The translations under genes were made by a program, and so were the position numbers. From an uncultured Eubacteriales bacterium (lineage in GTDB: Bacteria > Bacillota > Clostridia > Peptostreptococcales > Anaerovoracaceae): a stretch of DNA of 64,000 nucleotides. Under the pieces are notes generated by a model, which had not been told where the DNA came from, ran no database searches, and was given only the letters and a program-made list of their open reading frames with translations. The DNA is taken from the NCBI GenBank assembly GCA_902798745.1, contig CADBXM010000007.1, positions 11,317 through 75,316 on the forward strand. Reading direction: 5' to 3'. Below are positions 18,210 through 26,816 of this stretch, piece by piece; position 1 is the stretch's first letter, and each line of letters begins with the position of its first letter.

Positions 18210-19013
18210 TTGTTCAAACTTCTGATCAGAGTGATACAAGAGAATATTACGTACTTTCCACAGACACTGCGTCTGGCCAGGATAGATATGAAGAGGGCCC
18301 ACATGACTTCTGATCTAGGCTTTTTCTGGGCTATCATGAAGCCGCTCATGTACCTTGTGATGTTCTATCTTGCCATCTCAGCCGGATTTAAAGGCGGCCA
18401 TGACTTAAAGGGGACTGTGTGTCCATACTTCATTTGGCTCGCGGCCGGTATCGTTCAGTGGCAGTTCATCTCAAGCCTGTTGGTTGCGGGAGCAGGCTGC
18501 TACAACAGAAAGAAAAACGTGATCAAGAGTGTAAAATTCCCGTTGTCTACGATCCCGATGATAGAGGTGATGTCAAAGTTTTTCGTATATTTGATCATGA
18601 TCGGCATCCTTATGATTATGTGCGTATTCATGGGCGTGATGCCGAGCATATACTGGCTTCAGTTACCTATATACATAATTCTTACTGTGATATTCCTGTA
18701 TATATGGGTCATGATGACCTCGATGATGAGCATAATCAGTGTCGATATACTTGAGTTTCTCAAAACCATCAATACGGCGTTCTTTTGGCTATCGGGGATC
18801 CTCTTCAACGTCAAAGGGCGTACGAGCCCGTTCTTTACTTATAATCCTATAAGCTATCTGGCAGAAGGCTTTAGAAACACATTCGCATACCATATATGGA
18901 TATGGGAGGAGAAAAGCCTGTTTCTGCATTTCGTTATCGTATTGTTCGTACTGACGCTGATATCAAGCCTTCTTTTCAGAAGAATGGAGAAGCGTATACC
19001 GGAGATACTGTGA
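18210..19013 (+). CDS. tagG: ABC-2 type polymer-export permease (TagG-like)
   Basis: A six-TM-like hydrophobic profile. FWAIMKPLMYLVMFYL...VKFPLSTIPMIEV is typical of ABC-2 / TagG permeases. It has a TTG start 8 nt after AAAGGAGAA and lies directly upstream of the ATPase gene. Confidence 0.7.
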   Translation: MFKLLIRVIQENITYFPQTLRLARIDMKRAHMTSDLGFFWAIMKPLMYLVMFYLAISAGFKGGHDLKGTVCPYFIWLAAGIVQWQFISSLLVAGAGCYNRKKNVIKSVKFPLSTIPMIEVMSKFFVYLIMIGILMIMCVFMGVMPSIYWLQLPIYIILTVIFLYIWVMMTSMMSIISVDILEFLKTINTAFFWLSGILFNVKGRTSPFFTYNPISYLAEGFRNTFAYHIWIWEEKSLFLHFVIVLFVLTLISSLLFRRMEKRIPEIL

Positions 19014-19021
19014 GGCCATAA

Positions 19022-19846
19022 ATGAGTGGAGATAATATTGCCATTAGGGTAAAGCACGTAAAAAAAACGTACAGGCAGTACAAAACAAACATGCAGAAGA
19101 TCCGATTCCTCCTTCTTATGAGAGATGCAGGGACAAAAGACGAGGTCTTGAAGGATGTTTCATTTGACATAAAAAAAGGAGAGAAGGTCTGCATACTGGG
19201 CTATCAGCAATCGGGAAAGACAACTCTAATGCGCATACTCGCCAGAGTCATCAGACCTGATTCAGGCAAGGCCAGGATATACGGTGAGATCGCGCCTATT
19301 CTGGATGTGAGGCTTGGTTTTGACGGCGCAATGACCGGGAAAGACAACTACATAAGGATGAGCTCTGCCCTCGGACGTTCAGAAAAAGATATTAAAGAGC
19401 TCGAGGACAGCGTGTTTGCATTTGCAAGACTAAGCAAAGTTAAAAACGAACCCATCAAAACATATCAAAAGGGGGCTGCCACCAGACTGGGCTTCTCTAT
19501 TGCGACGGCTAAAAAGAGCGATGTGGTATTGTTTGACAGTGGGCTTGCGTTCGGAACAAAGGCTTGGAACGATGCCTGCATGGAGAGGCTGAAAGAGTTG
19601 ATATCGGGCGATACCACTTTTGTGATGACGGCTAGCAAGGCGAAGGTCGCTGCACAGCTGTGTGAGCGCGGGATAGTGCTTCACGAAGGACGAGTCGTCT
19701 TCGATGGAGCGCTTGAAGATGCCGCTTCATATTTCCGAAAGAACTGCAGACAACATAAAACCAAACTCGACGACGATGTTCCTGAGGAGCCGGCGACCGA
19801 ACAGCCGGCTCAGGCAGATACAGATGATGAGGGCGTTGAATTCTAG
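19022..19846 (+). CDS. tagH: TagH-like ABC ATPase subunit with degenerate catalytic motifs
   Basis: The layout and fold match TagH, and Walker A is retained (GYQQSGKTT). The signature reads YQKGAATRLGFS, Walker B reads VVLFDSG (no DE), and the H-loop region reads FVMTASK (no His). See the corresponding finding. Confidence 0.65.
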   Translation: MSGDNIAIRVKHVKKTYRQYKTNMQKIRFLLLMRDAGTKDEVLKDVSFDIKKGEKVCILGYQQSGKTTLMRILARVIRPDSGKARIYGEIAPILDVRLGFDGAMTGKDNYIRMSSALGRSEKDIKELEDSVFAFARLSKVKNEPIKTYQKGAATRLGFSIATAKKSDVVLFDSGLAFGTKAWNDACMERLKELISGDTTFVMTASKAKVAAQLCERGIVLHEGRVVFDGALEDAASYFRKNCRQHKTKLDDDVPEEPATEQPAQADTDDEGVEF

Positions 19847-19918
19847 AGTTCATGTTGATCAAACAAGCAGTCTGATCTAAGGATAAGGGCAGAGGATCGA
19901 CTATTTAGGTGAAACACA

Positions 19919-19957
19919 GAAGGGGACAGATCACAATGATCGTCCCCTTCTTTCTTG
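19919..19957. terminator. Hairpin terminator between convergent genes
   Basis: GAAGGGGAC (19919-19927), a 14-nt loop, GTCCCCTTC (19942-19950), followed by TTTCTTG. Confidence 0.5.
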
Positions 19958-19981
19958 TCATTTAGTAATGCTGATTATTTG

Positions 19982-21169
19982 TCAGTCATCGTCGTCATCG
20001 TCGTGATCATCATGATCATCATCGTCGTTGTCATCGTCATCGTCTCTGTCATCGTGATCATCAATATCATCGTGATCGTCGTCATCGTCATCACGGTCGT
20101 CGATGTCATCGTCTCGATCATCATCCTGAACATGACCATTGCTGACTTCTGCCCGTTCAACATCAGAAGATACGATCGTGCCGCTGGAAGCATCTATGTC
20201 ATACTCGTATTCCATGCCTCCGCTATTGAATTCGATCTCATAGATGATGATCCCATTCTCGCAGTCAAACTCTGTCCGGATGTTCGATGCGGCGTCTGCG
20301 CTTATTCCCGCGTCTGCAAGTGCAGCCGCGATTGCTGTGTCCTCACCGATATAACTGCTGGTGTCTGCGCTTCCATATGTGAGCTCGTTTTCTGCATTGC
20401 GGCTCTGTCCCAGAAGGATCAGTTCCTGTGTGGACAATCCCAGCAGATCATCTTCGGTCATCTTGGTACTGCCGGTATTCAGCAGGCTGCGGATCAGATT
20501 TGCCTTTCCCACTGATATGCCCTTTGATTCGGCAAATGCAGTCAGCTCTGCATCCTTGTCAACGTATTGGGCGAGTATGGCCGGCGTTATGGAAGAATCC
20601 TTAAGGTAGGAATTGAGATTCGTCGAGATCTCCTGTTCCATCTTTTTGCCTTTATCCGGGTCCTTCGACTGTACTGACATCAGTATTGAATTAGACGTGT
20701 CTGAAAGATATCCGCGGGTAAGCATAGCTCCGGTGACCGCATAGCAGGCCGTATTTATATCGGTTCCTTTGAGGGACAGATCGTTCAGTATTTCCTCACC
20801 CTCGCTGTTCAGCGCCGAGGCGCCGGTCACCTTTTCCTTGCTGTTTATGGTAAATTCTATCGCAGGGTTCACGTCCATTCCGACAACAGCAAATGCGCTG
20901 TTTATACTGCGGAACACCGCCATACCTCCCACGAACAGCACCAGAACTGCAGCGATGCTTAACAGCGGCTTGAGCACTCTGCCGCTTATTCTGCCGCCGG
21001 TAGAGGAAGGTTTTACGTATATTGAGTGATCCTCCTCAAGCAGCTTATCGCCGAGGCTCTTTTGAGGAGCCTTGTCCAGCGAAAGCTCTGCAAGCAGATC
21101 GTCGAGCATGTCCGGGGTATTCTGTTCGACAGCCTGGGCGAGACGCCTTTTAAGTTCTTTATCTGTCAT
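19982..21169 (-). CDS. Membrane-spanning putative anti-sigma factor with a C-terminal PepSY-like domain and an Asp/His-rich tail
   Basis: The ATG overlaps the stop of the upstream ECF sigma gene (an alternative start is at 21190). One transmembrane helix is present (LLSIAAVLVLFVGGMAVF). A PepSY-like stretch follows (IGEDTAIAAALADAGISADAAS...IIYEIEFNSGGMEYEYDIDASSGTIV), and the tail is about 48 aa of D/H/R. I saw no ZAS motif, so the function is inferred from position. Confidence 0.55.
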   Translation of the reverse strand: MTDKELKRRLAQAVEQNTPDMLDDLLAELSLDKAPQKSLGDKLLEEDHSIYVKPSSTGGRISGRVLKPLLSIAAVLVLFVGGMAVFRSINSAFAVVGMDVNPAIEFTINSKEKVTGASALNSEGEEILNDLSLKGTDINTACYAVTGAMLTRGYLSDTSNSILMSVQSKDPDKGKKMEQEISTNLNSYLKDSSITPAILAQYVDKDAELTAFAESKGISVGKANLIRSLLNTGSTKMTEDDLLGLSTQELILLGQSRNAENELTYGSADTSSYIGEDTAIAAALADAGISADAASNIRTEFDCENGIIIYEIEFNSGGMEYEYDIDASSGTIVSSDVERAEVSNGHVQDDDRDDDIDDRDDDDDDHDDIDDHDDRDDDDDNDDDDHDDHDDDDDD

Positions 21170-21698
21170 TGCCGTACCCCTTTCCTTCAAGTTCTGTTCT
21201 CATCTTTTTAAGAGCTCTGTTGTATTTTGACAGCACCGTGCCGACAGGGACTTCAAGTATGTCTGCGATCTCGCGGTGCTTCAGGCCGGTAAGCGCATGC
21301 AGGACCACGATCTGGCGCTCCTCACTGTCAAGTATGCCCATCGTTTGCTCGAGAACGATCCGATCAACGGCGTCATCTGTCGAAGCAGAAGTGAGGTGTT
21401 CGTATTCGGATATGTCCTCACAGACCTTGCCGGCGCGTATCCTGTTGAGACATAGATTGCGTACTATAGTCAGAAGCCAAGGCATCGGTTTGCCGGAAGG
21501 CCTGTAGCTGATCGCGGCACTGTATGCTCTGATGAAAGCATCATGCATCACATCTTCTGCGTCGTGCTTGTTGCGAAGAATGGACAGCGCGAATCCATAC
21601 ACGGCAGAAGAAGTCTGCCGGTAGAATTCGCTGAAAGCGTCTCTGTCGCCTTCGGCCATTTTTATGATCAAATTTTCATCGAGATGTGATGCGGTCAT
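21159..21698 (-). CDS. ECF-type sigma-70 family RNA polymerase sigma factor
   Basis: Region 2: DAFSEFYRQTSSAVYGFALSILRNKHDAEDVMHDAFIRAY...PWLLTIVRNLCLNRIR. Region 4: REIADILEVPVGTVLSKYNRALKKMR. I chose the start at MTASHL (an alternative is at 21737). Confidence 0.8.
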   Translation of the reverse strand: MTASHLDENLIIKMAEGDRDAFSEFYRQTSSAVYGFALSILRNKHDAEDVMHDAFIRAYSAAISYRPSGKPMPWLLTIVRNLCLNRIRAGKVCEDISEYEHLTSASTDDAVDRIVLEQTMGILDSEERQIVVLHALTGLKHREIADILEVPVGTVLSKYNRALKKMRTELEGKGYGNDR

Positions 21699-21705
21699 TT
21701 TTCTA

Positions 21706-22233
21706 TTACTTCTTGATAAGTTCCCAGTTGTACTCAATTATCTTGCCGGTCGGAGCAAGAACGTCATACTCATATCTGCGGTTGCCTTTCTTGAATTTTA
21801 CTTCATAAACACCCTTGCCGTCATCGTATTCATAGTGGCAGGAGCCTTTTTTGATCGTCTTGTAGCTTATTCCGGAATATTTGGCAACCTTTTTTCTCGC
21901 GGCCTTCTTTCCGATCTTCTCGCGAGAAGAGTTCCTCTTGTATTTGATGTCTACTGACTTTTCAAGGATCTTCCCGGTAGATGCGCTGATCTCATAGCTG
22001 TACTCTTTGCCGTTGGAGTTCTTTACAAACTCTATCTCGTATATCCCGTCTTCACTGTCATAGTCAGATTCTGTGACTGTGACCTTGGACTCCTTGAGCC
22101 CGGCATTTTTAAGAGCTTTTTTGAGGGCGGCATCCTCACTGCTGATGCCTGCTGCAAATGCGGACGCTCCCATTGCCGCAACCATCACAAGCGCTACGAA
22201 CATTGACAGCAGTACATTTATCTTCTTCTTCAT
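21706..22233 (-). CDS. Secreted tandem PepSY-domain protein
   Basis: Signal peptide MKKKINVLLSMFVALVMVAAMGASAFA. Two repeats of the PepSY pattern follow (...DGIYEIEFVKNSNGKEYSYEISASTGKIL... and ...KGVYEVKFKKGNRRYEYDVLAPTGKII). It is the first gene of the sigma/anti-sigma operon. Confidence 0.7.
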   Translation of the reverse strand: MKKKINVLLSMFVALVMVAAMGASAFAAGISSEDAALKKALKNAGLKESKVTVTESDYDSEDGIYEIEFVKNSNGKEYSYEISASTGKILEKSVDIKYKRNSSREKIGKKAARKKVAKYSGISYKTIKKGSCHYEYDDGKGVYEVKFKKGNRRYEYDVLAPTGKIIEYNWELIKK

Positions 22234-22550
22234 GATGTTTACCTCCTGTTCAGTCTGTTTGATTCGTAAGAACCTTACACTATGTATACACACGAACAGA
22301 CCGTTTTATTGCACGGATAACTATTTTCTGAAAATATATTTTGAACAGTCTTAAATATTAATTGACATACTAAAATGCAGTGAACTTGACATAAAATATC
22401 AAAGTTGTTAACCTAAATTTAGTAATGTTTTGAAGAAGCGCAGCATTACCTGTTGATGTTTAATGGAATATATTAATATAATACACAGTCAACTCAGGCT
22501 TGACAGCTCATCATGTTGCGCCAAAATCGCTGATTATAGGAGGAGGGCTT

Positions 22551-23966
22551 ATGAAACTCAAGAGAAGAGCAATAGCACTATTGTTGTCGCTGTCGCTAAT
22601 AATGACATTTATGCCGACACTTGCCTTTGCAGAAAGTAGCAGTTCAGCAAAAGCTGAGGCAAAAAAGGCTATCGCTTCACAGCAAGAGGAAAAAGGACCT
22701 TTATCGAAAGACAAAGACTACAAGGGTGCTAAGGCTGGAGACAACGGTGTCGTTAGAGCCTTAGATGATAATGATTATTACGACGATGATGATTATTATG
22801 ATGACGGTGTATATGACTACGATGGCATATATAGTGGAAAACCAACCATAAAGACGGTTGATGAGCAAAGCGATGGAGTGCTTGACTTTTACTATGATAT
22901 AGAGCCAAACTCCGGCGATTCAATTAAAGTGGATACAGACGAAGGTCAGATTGAGTATAAGTGGCTCCAAGACGAAGATGGAGAATGGTATTTCGAAAGG
23001 CCGAATGATCCTAACGACTGGCTGAGTATAAATAATCTAATCATTGACTATGATTCGACATTTAAGATATATGCAACAAGATATTTATGGGATGATGAAG
23101 AAGACGAATATGTGAGAGAATGGGTTGCGTTAATAGCCATAGGCAAGTATTCAATCAAGAATACTGTTTCAAAGATAACGTTCAATCCTACCAGCATTTA
23201 TTTGGTTGCAGAAGATATAATCAGCTATGAGGATGGAGTACCTTACTACTCACTGTACAAGAGGAGCACACATAAAGTAGGCAACGGTGAATGGGATTCT
23301 GTATTTGCAACAGGAGACAAACTGACTGTCTATTATACTAACGGAATAACACAGGTCTTTACTGATCAAAACAAATATGTAGAATACGAGGATGATGATG
23401 ATTATTATGATGATTGGTTCATGAACGGTGATTATCGTATTTGGCCAGAAATAGATAATACTCAACTGAAGCTCGGAAGCAACACGATTACCTTATCCTG
23501 GCATGGAGTTTCGACGACGTTCAACGTTACAGTAGAGACAGCTGCGCAAAAGGCTGCTAGAATAGCAGAGGAAGCCAGAAAGGCTGAAGAAGCCAGAAAG
23601 GCTGAAGAAGCCAGAAAGGCTGCAGAAGCTAAAAAAGCTGCTGCTGCAAAAGCAAGCAATATCAACAAAGCAACTGTAGTAGCGTCGGACATCAAGAAGG
23701 CATCTGATCTTGGAGTAACATCAATTACTCTCGGAGCAAAGGTTAAAAAGATAAAAAAGAACGCTTTCAAAGGAACAAAGATCACTACAGTCACGGTAAA
23801 GAGTAAAAAGCTGACAGCAAAATCCGTAAAGGGTTCACTCAAGGGCTCGAAGGTGAAAACTATCAAAGTCAAGGTCGGAAACAAGAAAGCCAACAAAAAA
23901 TTTGTAAAGAAGTACAAGAAGATATTCACAAAAAAGAATGCCGGCAAGAAAGTCAGCATAAAATAA
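22551..23966 (+). CDS. Secreted protein with D/Y-rich segments, an (AEEARK)n repeat and a lysine-rich LRR-like C-terminal module
   Basis: A strong AGGAGGAGGG ribosome-binding site. Signal peptide MKLKRRAIALLLSLSLIMTFMPTLAFA. The C-terminal 104 aa are shared with the ORF ending at 62832. Confidence 0.6.
   Translation: MKLKRRAIALLLSLSLIMTFMPTLAFAESSSSAKAEAKKAIASQQEEKGPLSKDKDYKGAKAGDNGVVRALDDNDYYDDDDYYDDGVYDYDGIYSGKPTIKTVDEQSDGVLDFYYDIEPNSGDSIKVDTDEGQIEYKWLQDEDGEWYFERPNDPNDWLSINNLIIDYDSTFKIYATRYLWDDEEDEYVREWVALIAIGKYSIKNTVSKITFNPTSIYLVAEDIISYEDGVPYYSLYKRSTHKVGNGEWDSVFATGDKLTVYYTNGITQVFTDQNKYVEYEDDDDYYDDWFMNGDYRIWPEIDNTQLKLGSNTITLSWHGVSTTFNVTVETAAQKAARIAEEARKAEEARKAEEARKAAEAKKAAAAKASNINKATVVASDIKKASDLGVTSITLGAKVKKIKKNAFKGTKITTVTVKSKKLTAKSVKGSLKGSKVKTIKVKVGNKKANKKFVKKYKKIFTKKNAGKKVSIK
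23566..23640 (+). repeat. In-frame 18-bp tandem repeat (gaagaagccagaaaggct, about 3 copies plus degenerate flanks) encoding (AEEARK)n
   Basis: Directly visible: gaggaagccagaaaggct gaagaagccagaaaggct gaagaagccagaaaggct gcagaagctaaaaaagct. Confidence 0.85.
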
Positions 23967-24065
23967 TACTAATAAACTAAAAACTGTTACAGGCGCCGGA
24001 GAATCAATCAAAGAATACTTTTGATTAGGTTACCGGCGCTTGTTGACCATTAAGACAAAGCAAAA

Positions 24066-26543
24066 ATGCAATTACAGGACGGAATAAGAGGAAAAAGAAT
24101 AATTACGGTGATCATTATGGTCGCCGTCTTGTTATGGTGTTATCCTTTTACATCCTCTGACTTTGTTTCTGAAGCAAAAATGGATCCATCAGGACAGGTG
24201 CTGGTTATGTATGAAGATAATCAGCTTAACGAACCATGTGCAGTAGAAAAAGACAGCGGACAGGAGGTGTCCGAAGACACACAGGAACAGATACTTAATG
24301 AAGCGCTTGGTGATAGCTATACGATAGATGAAACTATAGTGCTCGCTGAAACTGAAGAATCAGAAAATGAGTTGGTCATGGGCGTGATCTCTTCAGAAGA
24401 TCTCAGTGCGGAAGAGATGGTGGATGCTCTTCAGAACATAGAAGGGATTAAATACGCAGAACCAAACTACAAATTCAAGGCATGTGGATTTACCAACTGG
24501 AGTGATACGTACATAAATGATTCCTGGCATTTGGGAGAAAAAGGCATCAATGTGGAAAAAGCTCCTGTGGCTAAGAGCAGTAAAGAATCCATCGTGCTTG
24601 CGGTGATGGATACCGGGATTGCCTATGATCATCCTGATTTGGAGTCGCGAATGTGGTCGGCTCCCGAAAGTGTGGATATCGGCGGCGAACATGGAAAGGA
24701 TTTTTCAGACTTTGACGATGACCCATATGATGAAGAAGGCCATGGTACACATTGTGCGGGCATTATTGCGGCTGCGGCAGACAACGATGAAGGCACTGTC
24801 GGAGTCGTGGGTAAAAACAAAGTTGAGCTCATGTCTGTCAGAGTGCTTGACGAAAACGGAAGCGGTGATCTTTCACAGATTGTCAAGGCCTTTGATTACT
24901 TGATTGACGTAAAGAAGCAGGGCGTCAATATAAAGGCGGTGAACTGCTCTTTTGGCACCGAAGAGAGCTCATCCATCTTAGACAGCGTGATCGATCGTGC
25001 AGGAGAAAATGGCATCTTGACTATCGCTGCGGCCGGTAATGAAAGCTGGAATATTGATGAGCACAGTTGTATTCCGGGCAGCTCCAATTCTCAATATGTC
25101 ATATCAGTAGCGTCTGTAGATGATGACAGTAGTCTTTCCTCTTATTCCAATTACGGAAAAAACAATGTGGATGTGGCTGCACCCGGCAGCAACATACTGT
25201 CCAGCATCTCATACAACAATTACACTCCATATCTCTATGATGCGGAGCAGGTCAAAAATACTACGCAGGTATACGGAGAATTCGGCGGAGCAAGCATTAT
25301 TAAAGATATTGAAACAGGAAAGCCTTCGGTGACACCTGTATTGGGTACAGGATATGACGGGAATAAGATAACTGATGTAGAAGCATTTGGAGCTTCGAAA
25401 ATGTATACGATTTTGTCAGATAGCAGCAGGGGCTATGCTGAACTTAGCATTACTGACGGAAAGGAAAACGGAGCATTTCAAGCAGGTAATAATCAAAAAA
25501 GCCTTAGATGGACGATTAGGAATGCCAAATACGGCGACAAGTATATACTCTATTTCCCTTATACAAAAGTCGATGACGATCCATATGTCAGCATAGTATT
25601 AAAGACACACTCAGATTACGATGAGCATTCCGGCGGAGATCTGTGGCTTGGAGATGTAACGATAGAAGAGGGCGACCAGGGATCGATCAATTATCACACG
25701 TCTTCTGAAAGGACCAGATGGGTACTCGGAAATGACAGGACATATAACAGTATATGGCATGCGTCCGGGGAACACTCCGTATTATATGACAAGGCAAAAG
25801 TAAGAGACCTTTCATATGGATCTTATGGCTTTGGCCTTGTTTATGAGGCCTGGGATGAAGGCGATTTTTATGTAGACATCAGCTCGATCGCTATTTCTTC
25901 TTCACAGGCAAATGAAAGAGACTTCGGGTCTTATGATGTTGCATCAGGAACATCGATGGCTACACCTGTTGTGACAGGCGCAGTCGGTCTTATAGCTGCT
26001 GCGAGACCTGATTTGAATGCGCGGGAACTAAAAAAAGAATTGCTCAAAACCACAAAAGCCAACAAGTCACTTGCAAACAAATGCCTTACAGGTGCAGTTG
26101 TCGACTTTTCATCGTATGGAAGCTCTGTGAAACCTGAAGACAAGAACAGTAGCGATGCGAAAAAAACAGTTATAAAAAAACCTATAGAGAGACAGAAGTT
26201 TGTCTGGGGCGGAAAAAAACTGACTTCTAAGGTTAAAGTGCGTATACATGAAGCGCTCGCGGCTTCGAAGACTCCTAAGAAATTCACGGTGAAGAAAAAG
26301 AACGGCAAGGCAGTTCTGAAATGGAAAAAAGTGAGAGGTATCAATGGGTATATCGTTTTCCGCAAGACCGGCAAAGGTAGGTTCATTCAGATAAAGAAAC
26401 TTTCATCGAAGAAAAAAGCATTTACCGATAAAACCGTTAAAAAAGGTAAGCATTATAAGTACATAATTGTCAGTTATAAAAAAGTGGCAGGAACAAAGGC
26501 GGTGCGTATATCACCGGCAACCAAAGTTAAGAAGCTCAGATAA
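24066..26543 (+). CDS. Secreted subtilisin-like (S8) serine protease with a basic FN3-like C-terminal domain
   Basis: Catalytic triad motifs are present: VLAVMDTGIAYDHPDL (Asp), HGTHCAGIIAA (His) and GTSMATPVVTGAVGLIAA (Ser). The N-terminus is hydrophobic. The C-terminus reads KFTVKKKNGKAVLKWKKVRGINGYIVFRK. The exact start is uncertain because there is no clear ribosome-binding site. Confidence 0.85.
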   Translation: MQLQDGIRGKRIITVIIMVAVLLWCYPFTSSDFVSEAKMDPSGQVLVMYEDNQLNEPCAVEKDSGQEVSEDTQEQILNEALGDSYTIDETIVLAETEESENELVMGVISSEDLSAEEMVDALQNIEGIKYAEPNYKFKACGFTNWSDTYINDSWHLGEKGINVEKAPVAKSSKESIVLAVMDTGIAYDHPDLESRMWSAPESVDIGGEHGKDFSDFDDDPYDEEGHGTHCAGIIAAAADNDEGTVGVVGKNKVELMSVRVLDENGSGDLSQIVKAFDYLIDVKKQGVNIKAVNCSFGTEESSSILDSVIDRAGENGILTIAAAGNESWNIDEHSCIPGSSNSQYVISVASVDDDSSLSSYSNYGKNNVDVAAPGSNILSSISYNNYTPYLYDAEQVKNTTQVYGEFGGASIIKDIETGKPSVTPVLGTGYDGNKITDVEAFGASKMYTILSDSSRGYAELSITDGKENGAFQAGNNQKSLRWTIRNAKYGDKYILYFPYTKVDDDPYVSIVLKTHSDYDEHSGGDLWLGDVTIEEGDQGSINYHTSSERTRWVLGNDRTYNSIWHASGEHSVLYDKAKVRDLSYGSYGFGLVYEAWDEGDFYVDISSIAISSSQANERDFGSYDVASGTSMATPVVTGAVGLIAAARPDLNARELKKELLKTTKANKSLANKCLTGAVVDFSSYGSSVKPEDKNSSDAKKTVIKKPIERQKFVWGGKKLTSKVKVRIHEALAASKTPKKFTVKKKNGKAVLKWKKVRGINGYIVFRKTGKGRFIQIKKLSSKKKAFTDKTVKKGKHYKYIIVSYKKVAGTKAVRISPATKVKKLR

Positions 26544-26584
26544 AAGCAATGGACTAAATATGCATGTGATTAAATTCGAAGTCA

Positions 26585-26620
26585 GCGAGGCTGGGGCTCA
26601 CACCCTGTCCTCGTTTTTTT
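26585..26620 (+). terminator. Rho-independent terminator after the S8 protease gene
   Basis: An imperfect GC-rich hairpin (gcgaggctgggg...caccctgtcctcg) is followed by T7. A second hairpin plus T-run (agcctttt ta aaaggct ttttt) lies at about 26669-26691. Confidence 0.5.
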
Positions 26621-26816
26621 CTAGTTCGTATCTTCTCGCGAGAAGAGTTTATCTTATATTTGATGTTACAGCCTTTTTAAAAGGCTTTTTTAGTATGCTT
26701 CGGACGGGACTTGGTACGTAATGACATATTGAATAAGAGGTTGACGATGGGTACAATAATAATGAGCGGTTCGAATAACGAATAGCGCACAATAAATAGG
26801 AAAAGGAAGGATAGTT

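Noticed and set aside
19955-20515. A 186-aa ORF with an extraordinary Ile/Val-rich N-terminus (IVVIIMIIIVVVIVIVSVIVIINIIVIVVIVITVV) that looks like a multi-pass membrane peptide.
   Set aside because: It is the mirror image of the GAT/GAC-rich tract encoding the Asp-rich tail of the anti-sigma factor on the minus strand. It has no ribosome-binding site and overlaps a gene that sits in a coherent operon.
22234-22330. An ECF-type autoregulated promoter (GAAC...CGT-like) upstream of the PepSY-sigma-anti-sigma operon.
   Set aside because: Reading the minus strand, I found no convincing -35 GAAC / -10 CGTC-type pair at suitable spacing. Nothing here is supportable without a motif model or transcription-start data.
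23566-23640. Short tandem direct repeats that might suggest a CRISPR-like or regulatory array.
   Set aside because: The 18-bp units are contiguous with no spacers, in frame, and encode (AEEARK)n inside a well-supported CDS. This is a coding low-complexity repeat.
26467-26721. An 84-aa ORF spanning the S8 protease 3' end and the downstream intergenic region.
   Set aside because: It overlaps the protease stop region and two terminator hairpins. Its only notable similarity (LLARRV.L.FDV) comes from the antisense reading of the PepSY-gene relic described in the findings.
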